Of a stretch of DNA of 64,000 bases, positions 1-12,390 are shown piece by piece. The notes below the pieces were generated by a model. It made no database searches. It worked only from the letters and a program-made list of their open reading frames with translations, and was not told the origin of the DNA. Numbering within the stretch: the stretch's first letter is position 1; every line of letters begins with the position of its first letter. Both the position numbers and the translations under genes were made by a program. Source of the stretch: Macrostomum lignano. Lineage: Eukaryota. The DNA lies in NCBI GenBank assembly GCA_002269645.1, contig NIVC01000168.1, positions 475,297 to 539,296 of the forward strand. Direction: 5' to 3'.

Positions 1-1469
1 GGGAGCAAATCAATATCATGACTAGGCCTATCCTAGGGACTTACCTATAGAAATTATTTAGGCCTAGGCCTAATTTATTTCTACGACCTAAGTCATCAAT
101 TCAAATATACTTCTTTTTACAATATATGCGCCTACCCTTATTGTATTCACTAAGACTAAGGCATAGGCTATCATGATATCTCAATTCTAAAAATAGACTT
201 AGGCCTAAAGCCTAAGGTAAAGCTGATATTAAATATTAAAGAAAGTGTAAGCTTAAAGTTTATATGGCTACAGCTATAGTATAGGCTAGGCCTAGGCATA
301 GGGCCTACATATATCAGGCTAGGCCTATGCCCTAATACTAAGCATAGCCTAGGTAGGCAGGGGTGGGCCAAGCCCTAGTCAGTTTTTTTGTACAGTTAAG
401 GCAATAAACTATAAGTCTAAGATATAGGCCTAGTTTTGGGGGAAATACTTACATGAAGGCAATAGGGCTATGGCCTAGGAATAGGCCTTGGGAATTATTG
501 CAATATATACTAATAGGGGGGCCTATATAGATATGATCTTATCTTCTATATATACAATATGAAAGACAAATAGTTAAGTAATTTTACTATGCATTAACTT
601 TTAAATTAGGGCTAGGCCTTGAGGCTTTATTCTTCAAGTCATTAGCCTTATTTGTTTATATTAGGCCTTCTAGTCTCTTTAGGCCCTCTATCATTATTAG
701 ATGATAACCATTTCCTCAACTGGCATTTTGTTAGCTTGGTTAATAAAGTGAAAATATTTAAAGTAGCTTTATTGGTAGTTGCAAAGTTACAAAGTGACTA
801 AGTTAGTTACAAAGTTAGTATAACAGTTTTTATTCCTGCTATTTTCTGCTCACAAGTTAGAAAGACTTTCGATTTCGAACACACTTGGCCTCTGAGAGCC
901 CTCTTATAAGTGGAAGGCTCATATCTCCGAATCTCTCTGTGCCGCAAATTATTCAAGACAGTGTATTTTATAGTCAAGCAAGCAAACTGGTTTAGTTGAC
1001 AAAATGAAGAGGCTAAGAGCAATGCATAGTTAAGCAAGGAAGGGTTATTGCTCGAGCATTTTTCTGTATCCCATTGTTAGGCAACCATATCATCCCCCCT
1101 CCCAAGCATTACTGCGAGTCCACAGTGTTACGCATTCGTAGGCTGCTGGCTTGGCCTTCAAACCTCAGCTTTGTTATCTGCCCTTTAGTGTAGAGCTAGT
1201 CTGGCTCAATAGAACCATTCAAGATGAGAGGAGGCTGTTGTTTTTTTGCTTCCATGTAAGCATAATTCCACTGCTTACAGTTAGTTACAAAAGTGACTAA
1301 TGACTGAAGTAAAAAAGGCCTAATAAAATTTTCATTATATGAATAATATATATTTAAAAATATATAGGCTTCCTAATTATTGTTGCTTATAATTGTTATT
1401 GATATTGTTTTATAATTATTATTTTTATTTAAAATGGTAAAATATACTATTAATGTTCTACTATAAAGA

Positions 1470-1830
1470 TTTCTGTTTTACAGAAAGGATTTTGATAGAT
1501 TTCTGTTTGATAGAAAGGATTTCAATGTTTTTTAGTTTCACTGAAAGGACTTCAATGGTTGTCAGCTTCACAGAGAGGATTTCTATTTTGCAAAGAGGAT
1601 TTGATAGAGTCCTGTTTCATGGCAATAATTTTGATAGATTTCTGTCTCATAGAAAAGATTTTGATGAATGTCTGTTTGATAGAAAGGACTTTGATTGAGT
1701 TCTGTTTCAATGAAAAGACTTTTGATGGAGTTTTGTTCAACAGAAAGAACTTTGAAGTATTTTTGTTTCACATAGAGGATATTAATAGAGTCCTGTTTCA
1801 TGAAAAGGATTTCAATGGATTTAGCACCTT
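1470..1830. repeat. Degenerate ~30-bp tandem repeat
   Basis: Recurring TTGATAGA(G/T)TTCTGTTT(C/G)ATAGAAAGGAT. Confidence 0.75.
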
Positions 1831-1834
1831 CTGT

Positions 1835-2930
1835 CAGTCAGAGAAGAGAGAAAAGAGAAGAAAGATTAGAGATGACAGATGGGAAAGAAGAGGGGAGTAA
1901 GATAAAAATGAAGAGGGATACAAAAGAGAAAAAAGGAGATAAGAGGGGAGATATGAGATAGCAGAGGGAGACAGGAGAGATGAGATAAAAAAAGAGAAAA
2001 GGGATAAGAGCATACAAAGAAAATAAATGAGAGGAGAAAGTAGAGAAAAAAGAAAGAGTAGAGATGAAAGATAAGAGAGAAGAGAGGAGAAAAGAAGGGA
2101 GAAAAGAGACAGGAGATTGAGAGTAAAGATGAAAGACAAGGAAGAAAAAAGGGAGTAGAGATGAGAGAGTTAAGAGAAGAAAGTAGTGAGGAGAAAGAAG
2201 AGGTAAAGATGAGATTGCAAAGAGGAAAGATGAAAGATGTGATGAGAAAAGAGATTAGTGAGAAAATAAGAATGAGAATAGATTAAAGATTAGAGAAGAG
2301 AGGGGAGAAAATATGAGGAGAAAGGAGAAGAGAGAAGAAAGAATTGAGAGGAGAGAAAAGAGAAAAGAAGAGACCAGAAATGGTAGAAAGGAGGGAAAAA
2401 AGATGGTAGATAAGAAAGGAGAGGGTGAGAGTATATAGGAGATATGTGAAATGAGAGAAGAGAGGGTAGAGGAGAGACAATAGATAAGTGAGTAAAGATG
2501 AGATATGAGAGAGGAGAGAAAAGGGGAGAGTTAAGAGAGAAGAGAGGAGACAGGAGACAGGGAGGGTACAGACAAAAGACAAGGGAGAAGAGATAAATAA
2601 GGGAGTACAGATAAGAGAAGAGAAATTATGAGCAAGAGAAGTAAGAATAGAAGGGAGAGAGAGAAGCAAGAGAAAGGAGAGAGGAGAGATGAAAGATCAG
2701 AGATAAGAGAGATGAAAGTGTAGAGAAGAGAAATTTGTAAGGAGAAAAAAGAGGGTAAAAATAAGAGCGCAGTGCGCAAAGATGAGAGTTAAGAAATGAT
2801 AGATATGACAATAGAAATGAGAGTGGAAACATAAGAGAAAAGAGAAAAGAGAGCAAAGAGGAAAGAGTAGAGATGAAAGACTAGAGATGAAACAGTAAAG
2901 AGGAGCAAAGAAACAGAAAAGTCTGAGTCT
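1835..2930. repeat. Degenerate GA-rich polypurine array
   Basis: Almost pure A/G on the + strand; source of the spurious L/S/F-rich minus-strand ORFs. Confidence 0.85.
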
Positions 2931-3809
2931 GAACAATGGCAGTCAGTTTTTGCAAACAGGAAAAACAAGATATTTTTTTGAAAGGCTTTATAGAGGATTT
3001 GGTGTGGAGGTGATTTAGAAGATAAGATTTAAATCATGGAACTTCAGGTGATGGATTTTAGGGAATCGAATTTTGGTGATGGGATTTCTTACCCTTTCTC
3101 CTCTGAAGGAGGAGTTCCACTTGTGTATTATATTAGTTGTAATCTATAAGTTTTTAACTATGATATATTTTGCCAAGTATCTTTGTTTTACTCTAGCTAC
3201 CTATTTCTAAATATGTTTTATTTCAATTTATAACTATATCTAAGCAAATCTACAGAATGTAACTGCAATTACTATATTTCTATATTCATAGCCATAAGAG
3301 TAGCAATCTACTATAGGTGTATCCATAGCTGCTATAGGGGTCTATTTTACCATATTTGCCATATGATCCTATAGCTGTAGCTGTAGCTATGACAGAACAC
3401 TATTCACTATTTAGCATTCTAAACTTTACCATTATCACTATAGTTGCATAGGTAAAAAATTCCAATGCAAAATGTTCTATTTAAATGTGTCATTTATACA
3501 CTATACTCAACTCAAATCTTAACTTAAATGTATATATGCCTTATGAGTATTGCACATTTATACATTATGTAACCATACATGCATCTAGATAGGTCATTTA
3601 TTCCATCCAATATTATCAAATTTGTAGTGGCCTAACTTTGTAACTGAATATAAGCTTTAAATCTCATAAATTCAAGAGACTGGCTAAGCAGAAAGATAAA
3701 AAGGAGAATGTGAGTAAGCATAACTAGTCACTTTAATCATTTCATAAGGGTTTAGTTTCAGTTTTTGTAGCAGTATGGGGTATTTTATTAGTAGTTGACA
3801 TTGATCAAA

Positions 3810-4055
3810 GTTAGAGAACTCCCTATTGGCCAGTTGACAAAATGACTTGAAGGTTAGAGAACTCCCCATTGGCCAGTTGACAAAATGACCAAGGTTAGAG
3901 AACTCCCCATTGGCCAGTTGACAAAATGACCAAGGTTAGAGAACTCCCCATTGGCCAGTTGACAAAATGACCAAGGTTAGAGAACTCCCCATTGGCCAGT
4001 TAACAAAATGACCAAGGTTAGAGAACTCCTCATTGGCTAGTTGACAAAGTGACCA
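3810..4055. repeat. 41-bp tandem repeat, ~6 copies
   Basis: Unit GGTTAGAGAACTCCCCATTGGCCAGTTGACAAAATGACCAA. Confidence 0.9.
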
Positions 4056-7000
4056 ATGTGAAAACTAGGTTGATAAAATGACTAGTATTTAATTATTTAC
4101 AATTGCTCTTTAAATGATTTTTATTATTATTAGACTAAGCCATAGTCATGAAAAAGGCTTATTATATTTAAATATTTATAAATATATATAAAAAGTTAAG
4201 ATATTTATTATATTTATTATATTTATTATATTTATAGTTCTCAATATATGCTACCTTTAAAATAATTATCTTAGCCACATAACTTAGATAGATCTAGGCC
4301 TAGTTTTGATTAAAAATGTAACTACTTAGTTTTATAATTGATTGAAATAGACAAATATCTAAAGTTCTCAATTTTTGCAATTTAGGCCTACCCTTGGTTT
4401 GCTATAATTTAAACTAGCTAGATTAATTTGGTTGGCTAGCAGTTATATGTGTATAACTATAATCATAAAATATAATCCATTAAAACCTTTGGATTTCCTG
4501 TTTCAGGATTTCTTAAAACCTGTGTCACAATCAAACAAAAACTTGTTAATAATTAGAATAGCAATAAATAAAAATTAGAGTAAATGTATATTAAATTAAA
4601 ATAAAAGCAAGCATTGATATCATTGGTTGGGGTTGCTAAATAATGATAGGCAACATTTGTCTAAACTAAAAACTCAAACTCATAGCATAGGGCCTATGTC
4701 CTACTTTAATTTGTAGCTTAGGTATCTAAGTTTCTATAGTATAGACTCAAGCTAAGGTTAGATTACTAAAATATATAATAGTTTTATTTAAATTTTATAG
4801 GCTTACCTATATTTTCCATTAATGGCATTAGGCAAATATCTTGGCACTTCTTAAATTCTTGCTTTTGGATACTATATGAAATTGTAAAAAGGCAAAGAAG
4901 ACTAGATGCTAGAAAAAACTACAAGTCTTGCTAGGCTAGATTTTTTGCTAGCACTATGATCTAAAATTGCATCTGAGGTCCAACTTCAAGATGCAATTTG
5001 GAAAGTTAGGATATTATAAGTTTTCAAATTTAGTATATCTGATAGCATTTCTATTGCATAAAAAATATGCTAGTGCTAGGAAATTTGCTAGACTGTACAA
5101 AGATTTGGCACAATTGTGTCCAAGGTCTAATTTAAAAATGCAATTTTGATAGTCAGGATGCTGGAGCATTCCTATTTGCAGAAAAAAACAAACCTAGCCC
5201 TTAGGGCTAATTCTCCTATTAATAATATACTCACAATGGTACTTGTCATTTTGTCCCATAATCATATCTATAACACTTTGCCAACCTGGCCAATCTAGCT
5301 AATTGAAAAGGCTAACTATTTGCAAAGCTCAAAGTATCTTGCAAAAATGAAATTTTGAAAAAGACAAAAAATAAAGTTAAAATGCTAAAAAAAGTAACAG
5401 AAAATATATATAATACAAATTATTGCTGTCTTTGGTTGCCTTCAGTGTGTGTCATGTGCCTCTGCTGTCTTCATAGAAGGCAAAAGGCCTTTAATTTTAA
5501 TGGATAGAATGGCAGCAAAGAGTTTGTGTTGCTCTGCGCATATATTTATATTTAAAAGATTGAGGGGCCTAGGGAGGTGCAAAAGGGTGGTGTGATAGAC
5601 TTTGCTGACCTCCCTGGCTTAGCAAGCCAGCTAGCTTGGTGCACCCACCCCACCTCAGCTAGATAGGTTGGGGTTTTAAGTGCAGCTGCACTGGTACATG
5701 CTGGTTGCATACATTCTGGCTGCCACAGGACACTTTCAAAATTTATAAATTTCTAGATAATACCCAAACTATAGAGTTATTAAAGGAGCTGCTGTTTTAT
5801 AAGACAAAAAGCCTATTTACAATTCTCATTGATTTTTAATTGCCAAAACAAGGTTGTATATTTTTTTGTTTTAATTAGATAAAATTTGCTTAAAATCTAT
5901 GCAAAAGAACTTAAACTTTGACTAACTATTAATACACATTACTTTTTAACCTCACCCTGAAACTTTAACAAAAGATCAATAAAGATCTTTTCTATTGAAT
6001 GCTAAATAAAGCTAATAGAACTGAATTTCCAAATTTCAATCTGTTAAAAAATCAAGAGACAAATACATTGCAACCAGGATGTTATAACAGGGATGTTAGA
6101 AAAACAGTTGCAGCTGTTAGGAGCTAAAAAACCTTCAATTCCAAAACTACCTATCTATCTGATATAATTATTAAATGCACTGTTTTCTTTATATTCAAAT
6201 TTATTAAGCCAAAATATCTTATAGATCAAATAAAATGTTTAAAAAAAGTTCAAAACTGCAATCAACCATTTTTCTAGTTAAAACTAAGATTCCAACTTCT
6301 TTTTCAATAGTGTGAAAATAAAACAATGAAGCATGTTAGTTTTTTCTCAAAAAAGGGTTTTATCAACTACCTTTATTATCTATATATATTTTCTATGCCT
6401 GCCTTTGTGCTTCAAAATATGAAATAAAATAGTACTTTGTAATGTTACAAGCATCTTTAACTGGAATTTTCCATAAGCTTTAAATTTCTATATAAACATG
6501 TAATAATGTAAAAAAACAAATGGCCATAGTTACAAAATTTGTTGTAAATTGTTCTAGACACCATGTGTACTATAATTAAATATTATAGATAGGTCAGTAT
6601 GTTACATTTTCTATAAAAATATGTTTTCCTATGGCTTCATAATGGCATCCCATTAATGTGGCCATCCCCCAAAATAAAATCTTAGCTTAAAATTTATCCA
6701 AGTGCCATGGCAGTGTGGCACTACATTGAAATGATAAAATGGACCTATTCCCCATATGAGGAATGATATATAAAGTGAATGTTTTGTCAATCGTGTTTCT
6801 ATTATACATGTACATATAATAATAATAATAATAATAGATTACACCTGCCCTAATGGGGCTTTGGGGGCACATCTGAAGGCTGCGTACGGCTGTTCAGTCC
6901 AGGGACTGGGGGTCGCCACACACCCTCAATTACCCCAGCTAATGCTGGCACCCATTTTACAGCTAGGTGAGTTAAGTGTTAAGTGTCTTGCTCAATGAGT

Positions 7001-7154
7001 CAATGACACATTGTTCCGAGTGGGTAGCCTGTAGCTCACAAAATGTTTTACCCGATAAAGGTGGGAAGTCGGTATAGAATGTATCGTGTCTCTTCATTAC
7101 TTCAGACCCTATCGGCTGCATCGGCCTCAGTCCCCAAGCCAGCCAGCCAGCAGA

Positions 7155-10100
7155 ATGCTTCCCCAGCTGGACCCGGAGCACATCATCGCCCTGCACTGCC
7201 CGCTCTGCCCCTTCCTCACCCTGAGCGTCACCCGCCTATTTGAGCACTGCATGACGCACAATGCCGCCTGCGAATGCGCCCTGCTGCAGTGCGCCGACTG
7301 CGGCAAAGTCAGTACGCACGAGGGCCTGCTGAGGGAGCACGCAGCCGCTCTGCACGCCAGCAAGCTGCAGCAGCAAGGGGCTAGCGATGAGCCGAGAAAC
7401 ACACATCAGAAGAGCGGCATCAAACGGTTGTCGATTATATCTCTCAACGGCGGCGCCAGAGACTGCTCGGCTGGTGACAGGCTGTCCGTTGGCGATTCGG
7501 CTGAAGCTGGTCTGGGTTTTCAGCCGGTTGATTACCAGGTGAGATTATGTCCTCAGTTTTGATCTTCTGTTTTCTCTTGTCATCAGTTTTTTAGCTTGTT
7601 CTTGACCCCATATGACCCCACAAAGCTGTTTACTTCAAGTGTTTTAAGTGCCAATTTTTTTTTCGCGCTATAAATCGTTAGCTAGTCATTTGCATCCGTA
7701 GCAACGGATCTACTTGTGAACCCCCCCCCCCAATGCAGGATGACTACCAGTCGCAGTTTCCCTGTCTATTTTGTGACGAGCAACTGCCGGACCTGCCGGA
7801 TCTCGAGCTGCATTGCGACGTTGCCCACGGCCTGCGCCAGATCAGCGTTAAAACTATGCACAATCGGCTGCAACGTCTGGTTGCTAAGGCGTTGCTAGGG
7901 TCGAGTCCTCCACAATTGGGTGGCTTTTTGGCCGCTGCTGCTGCGGCCGCCGCTGAAGCTACGGCCGCTCCGCAAGCGCAAACCCAACCAACCGTGTCAG
8001 AGTCGAACTATTCAAGACAGCAACTTGGTACGCGAGCAGCTCTGCACATCTGCTTTTATCGTACTGCTTTCTGGGGTAACTTCCCGTCATTCTTGCCTAC
8101 TAACTAGCTAATTATAGACACTTCCACCATATTTTCACCCTACTCTTGGTTTCGATCGGCAAGCCATCCGCTTCCGGTTTAGATTGACCAGCCAATCCGT
8201 TCCATCCACTTCCGGTTTAAATTGGCCAGCCAACCCGTTCCATCCGCTTCCGGTTTAAATTGGCCAGCCAACCCGTTCCATCCGCTTCCGGTTTAGATTG
8301 GCCAGCCAACCCGTTCCATCCGCTTCCGGTTTAGATTGGCCAGCCAACCGTTCCATCCGCTTCCGGTTTAGATTGGCCAGCCAACCCGTTCCATCCGCTT
8401 CCGGTTTAGATTGGCCAGCCAACCCGTTCCATCCGCTTCCGGTTTAAATTGGCCAGCCAACCCGTTCCATCCGCTTCCGGTTTAAATTGGCCAGCCAACC
8501 CGTTCCATCCGCTTCCGGTTTAGATTGGCCAGCCAACCCGTTCCATCCGCTTCCGGTTTAGATTGGCCAGCCAACCCGTTCCATCCGCTTCCGGTTTAGA
8601 TTGGCCAGCCAACCCGTTCCATCCGCTTCCGGTTTAGATTGGCCAGCCAACCCGTTCCATCCACTTCCGGTTTAGTTGGCATAAAATTTTATATTTGCCG
8701 CATGTTTGTCTTGTACTGTTATTTCCATTCTGAGCAGACCCCGGTCAGCAAGAGCAGCGGTCGACCAACCATCACGCTCGCCAAGGCAGGCAGCCGCACC
8801 TCCAGGTCCCGTCGGCTTCGCTTTTTCCCGGTCCGAACTGCGTTGGAGAGAACAGAGACTCGCCTGTCCTGCGGCAGGTCGGTGGCACTTGATTTTGCTT
8901 TTTCAGTTATCAGATAGAGCTGGACAGCCACCCTCCCAGATCCTCAGTTGCTGGGCAGCCACCCTCCCAGATCCCCAGTTGCTGAGCAGCCACCCTCCCA
9001 GATCCTCAGTTGCTGGGCAGCCACCCTCCCAGATCCTCAGTTGCTGGCAGCCACCCTCCCAGATCCCCAGTTGCTGGGCAGCCACCCTCCCAGATCCTCA
9101 GTTGCTGGGCAGCCACCCTCCCAGATCCCCAGTTGCTGGGCAGCCACCCTCCCAGATCCTCAGTAACTGGGCAGCCACCCTCCCAGATCCTCAGTTGCTG
9201 GGCAGCCACCCTCCCAGATCCCCAGTTGCTGGGCAGCCACCCTCCCAGATCCTCAGTTGCTGGCAGCCACCCTCCCAGATCCTCAGTTGCTATGTAATTG
9301 AATAGTTGCTCGCAATTCTTAGATCTGGGCGATTTTCTTTTGTTTGCAGGATTGTTGCTTTCTTTAAGATTTAGCTTACATTAAAAACCAGCTGCGTCCC
9401 AAATTTACTTTCACCCTCACGCCTGATCGCCTTTTCTGTCGCCGCCTCTGCGCAGGGTAAACCTTGCATTTCTCCCACAAATATGATTAAGCCTGGGTAA
9501 TAAATAAATCCTGCTCACCTGCGCCTATTCAAATACTGTAAAGAATTAATTGGCTTATTTCCCTGGATTGGCTCTGAGAGACAGTCGGTGGCTTTTGACT
9601 CCAGCTCGCACCTGCTCCCTATCACAGATAGATGCGGCCGTCTCTGACTCTAACTCCGTGCTTCGGAGCGATGGCCCAGTCCCAGTCGCAGGGCCTCTCT
9701 GTCGAATCAATGTTTAGTTTATAGCTTTTTGCCTTTTCTACCGCTTCGGATTCTACTACTAAGATTTTCTAAATTTTTTGAAGCTATTTCAACGCAACAA
9801 AGTAGCCGGGGTCCTTTAGACCGCTTTTGATCTTAGACATTCGCTTTGCTATAAGTTCGTAGAGGGTTTAGGCCCTGCCCTGCCGCAAATCAAGACGGAC
9901 TTCATGCGTCCACTCGTTTGACGGTTAAATGAGCCTTCAAGCGATCTAGCACAAGTTCAAGGTTGAATTTACAAGCTGACGCTCTTGAACTGCTTTTCCG
10001 TTAGGCTCCACCAGCCTCAGCTCCCGTCGCCAAGCGGATGAAGCTGGAGCCGATTCATCGCCAATCGCCAGATCAGCCGACGCCCTCCAGCAACATCTTC

Positions 10101-10565
10101 GATGTCACCGACGACTCCACATCGCTGATGCCGACTATCGTGTCACCGCCGGCGCCGCTGTCTGCGTCTTCTTTGAGTTTCCTAACTGCACCGCGCGGCG
10201 CCGGCGCCAACTCGCTGATGACGGCTGGCGGCGGCGGCGGCGGCGGCAGCGGCGGTTCTGCTGGTCGGCCGTCGCTGCAGCCTCTCGGCGCCCGCCTGGC
10301 GGAGCTCGGCGGTGAGCTGCTGGAGGACCAGCCGCCCTACAGCACCCGCTGCACATATTGCAGCCGGGTGGTCCGTCTGAGCAGCCGGAGCTGCACGAAC
10401 TTCAAAATCCACAGGCAGCGCTGCCAGGAGCACATCGCATCCACCGCCTCCAACAGTACCACAGTCGGTGGGGGCGGCAGCGACCGCGGCTGGCTGCCTC
10501 CTGCGACACCTGTAGAGAGTGGCGAGAACAGCTCCAGGGATGCAGATGTAGCCAGCGAGGACTGA
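7155..10565 (+). CDS. Multi-exon zinc-finger protein (3 C2H2 fingers plus a C-terminal BED-like finger)
   Basis: Phase-consistent exons 7155-7538 (CAG|GTGAGA, phase 0), 7739-8027 (phase 1), 8738-8877 (CAG|GTCGGT, phase 0), 10005-10565. Motifs: CPLC..HCMTH, CADC..HAAALH, CLFC..HCDVAH, then CTYC...TNFKIHRQRC. An acceptor at 7105 and a donor at 6966 suggest a further 5' exon, so the start codon is uncertain. Confidence 0.75.
8160..8675. repeat. Intronic 38-bp minisatellite, ~13 copies
   Basis: Unit TTCCATCCGCTTCCGGTTTAGATTGGCCAGCCAACCCG. Confidence 0.95.
8920..9290. repeat. Intronic 31-bp minisatellite, ~12 copies
   Basis: Unit GGGCAGCCACCCTCCCAGATCCTCAGTTGCT. Confidence 0.95.
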
Positions 10566-10596
10566 CTGACTGACTGACTGACTGACTGACTGACTG
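10560..10596. repeat. (GACT)n microsatellite overlapping the zinc-finger stop codon
   Basis: GAG GAC TGA CTG ACT..., about 9 units. Confidence 0.95.
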
Positions 10597-11111
10597 CTTG
10601 GAATTCTTACCAAAAGTTATATTAGTAATGTTTTTCAACATTTTAATGATTTTGTATTGATGTAATTAAAAATGCTTTTTACAACACACGATTTCTGCTG
10701 CGTCCGACACTGCACAGGTCTCACATGTATTCAATCAATATCTTCACTGTCTACAAGCAATTTATTATCTACCACAATGCTTCGACAAAGAATCTAAAAT
10801 CACTTGCACATGTTCTGCTTTTGTTTTTCTGCTTCCTGAGTAACTTGCCCAATAAGTGCTGAGATGGTTCATGGCCACAGAGATGGAAATCTGTGCGATT
10901 TAACGGTGAGCACAAATTTCGCGTGCACTGTTCTTCTCATAGTTTTAATTTGCGTAGCAGTGCTCACAATGACCATATTAGTATTACTGCAGCAAGCCGA
11001 CATGCTGGGGAATCAGGCCCGTCTCGAACTGCTAGTCACTTGAGCTTCTATTTTACCTGCTTAAACGGTCGTTGCAGTTTTATACAGCTAATTATACTGT
11101 ACAGTTCAGCG

Positions 11112-11408
11112 CATACATGCGCAACAGTCGGCCGAGTCGGCCGATCCGGCCGACCGATTTGGCGGCCAACCAAGGAAGTCGCAAAAATGCCCACCCGAAA
11201 AAGTAACCAAGTAGTAGTGCTAAGTAGCTGACGAGGCATTTTGGCTTAATAAGACAGTCATAGTTACTCCTGCCGTTTACCCAAAGTTGCGTTTATTTGC
11301 TTTAGGGTTTTTTTACATGTAAGTCGCATTTTTGGCCAAAAACTACATCGCATTTTTGTTAAAACTAAGTCGCATGGCCGACCGAATTTCGGAGGTTGCG
11401 CATGTATG
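11112..11408. mobile_element. hAT-type MITE, 297 bp
   Basis: Perfect 14-bp TIR CATACATGCGCAAC / GTTGCGCATGTATG; identical 8-bp flanks GTTCAGCG at 11104-11111 and 11409-11416; subterminal GGCCGA repeats; no coding capacity. Confidence 0.9.
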
Positions 11409-12004
11409 GTTCAGCGTGACTCGAGTGTGAGAGGTTTGCTTGCGCATGTAGCATTGGATTGCCCGCTACTTGTTAAACATAAAGCTCATACGACTGTTGT
11501 CTACGGGACACTCGGGAGCGTTTCTTTTTTCAGCACAAAATTTTAATTGCTTTTGATAGGAGGCAGACCATATTTTCATCTTTTGATATGACTTGCCGTT
11601 CTTATATTGTAACGATATATACCGATTTTTTTCGGCAGCAATTGCGTAAGCTGAAGCCGCGTAGCGGCTGAAGCTTAGTAGAGCAATTGCTGCCGAAAAA
11701 AATCGGTACATGTCATTATTGTACCCTTTTGACTTCCCTTGTCTATGGCCCAGACATAGTGCGGATGCTGAGTATGAAATGCGATTGTTGCCGGAATGCG
11801 CTTTGAAAGGGTTGTAGAGATAATCAATCGTCTATGGCAAATTTAGTTGCTCTCTAAATGAAAGGGTTGTAGAGATAATTAATCGTTTATGGCAAATTTA
11901 AAGGACAGTGAAGACAGCTAGCCTGGCTGCCATGAGTTAATTCTCAAGTTGATTTTGAGCTTGAATTAATTCTCCTATTCGGACTGCAAATAGGAAAAGT
12001 AGCT

Positions 12005-12390
12005 ATGATTCGCTACGCAAACATTCCTGGCGGAGAAATATGTGGACTCTCCACGGACGAGTTGGCTTTTGTCACCCGAGAGTCGAGCACGCGCTACGTT
12101 CTGGAGATGGACAACCTGGATGCGTCGTCCAGTTCCAACGGGCTGCCTGAGCTAGGTAGCGAAGATCTGGAAATTTTGGACCGACTTGAGAGTGACTCAG
12201 TGCCGAAATCGACCGAGACGCAACGGAAGCTTCACGTGGCAAGGTTCCGACAGTTCCTCAACGAGAAGGGGCTCTGCCAGGAGTTTGAGCGTGTTCCGGA
12301 TCGATTTTTGAACGATTATCTGAGGCTTTGGTAGCCAAATACATTCGTCTGAAATCCGGCAACAATCGAAAAAAGCCGACAAACAATTAA
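12005..12390 (+). pseudogene. Crypton/KCTD1-ZMYM-type tyrosine-recombinase N-terminal relic
   Basis: VPKSTETQRKLHVARFRQFLNEKG...FERVPDRFLNDYLRLW* followed, after a frameshift, by IRLKSG. This resembles the core-binding region of Crypton-family recombinases; no catalytic domain is seen. Confidence 0.5.

Noticed and set aside
8160-9290. Regular repeats considered as a CRISPR array
   Set aside because: Head-to-tail units without unique spacers, in a eukaryotic intron, with no cas genes.
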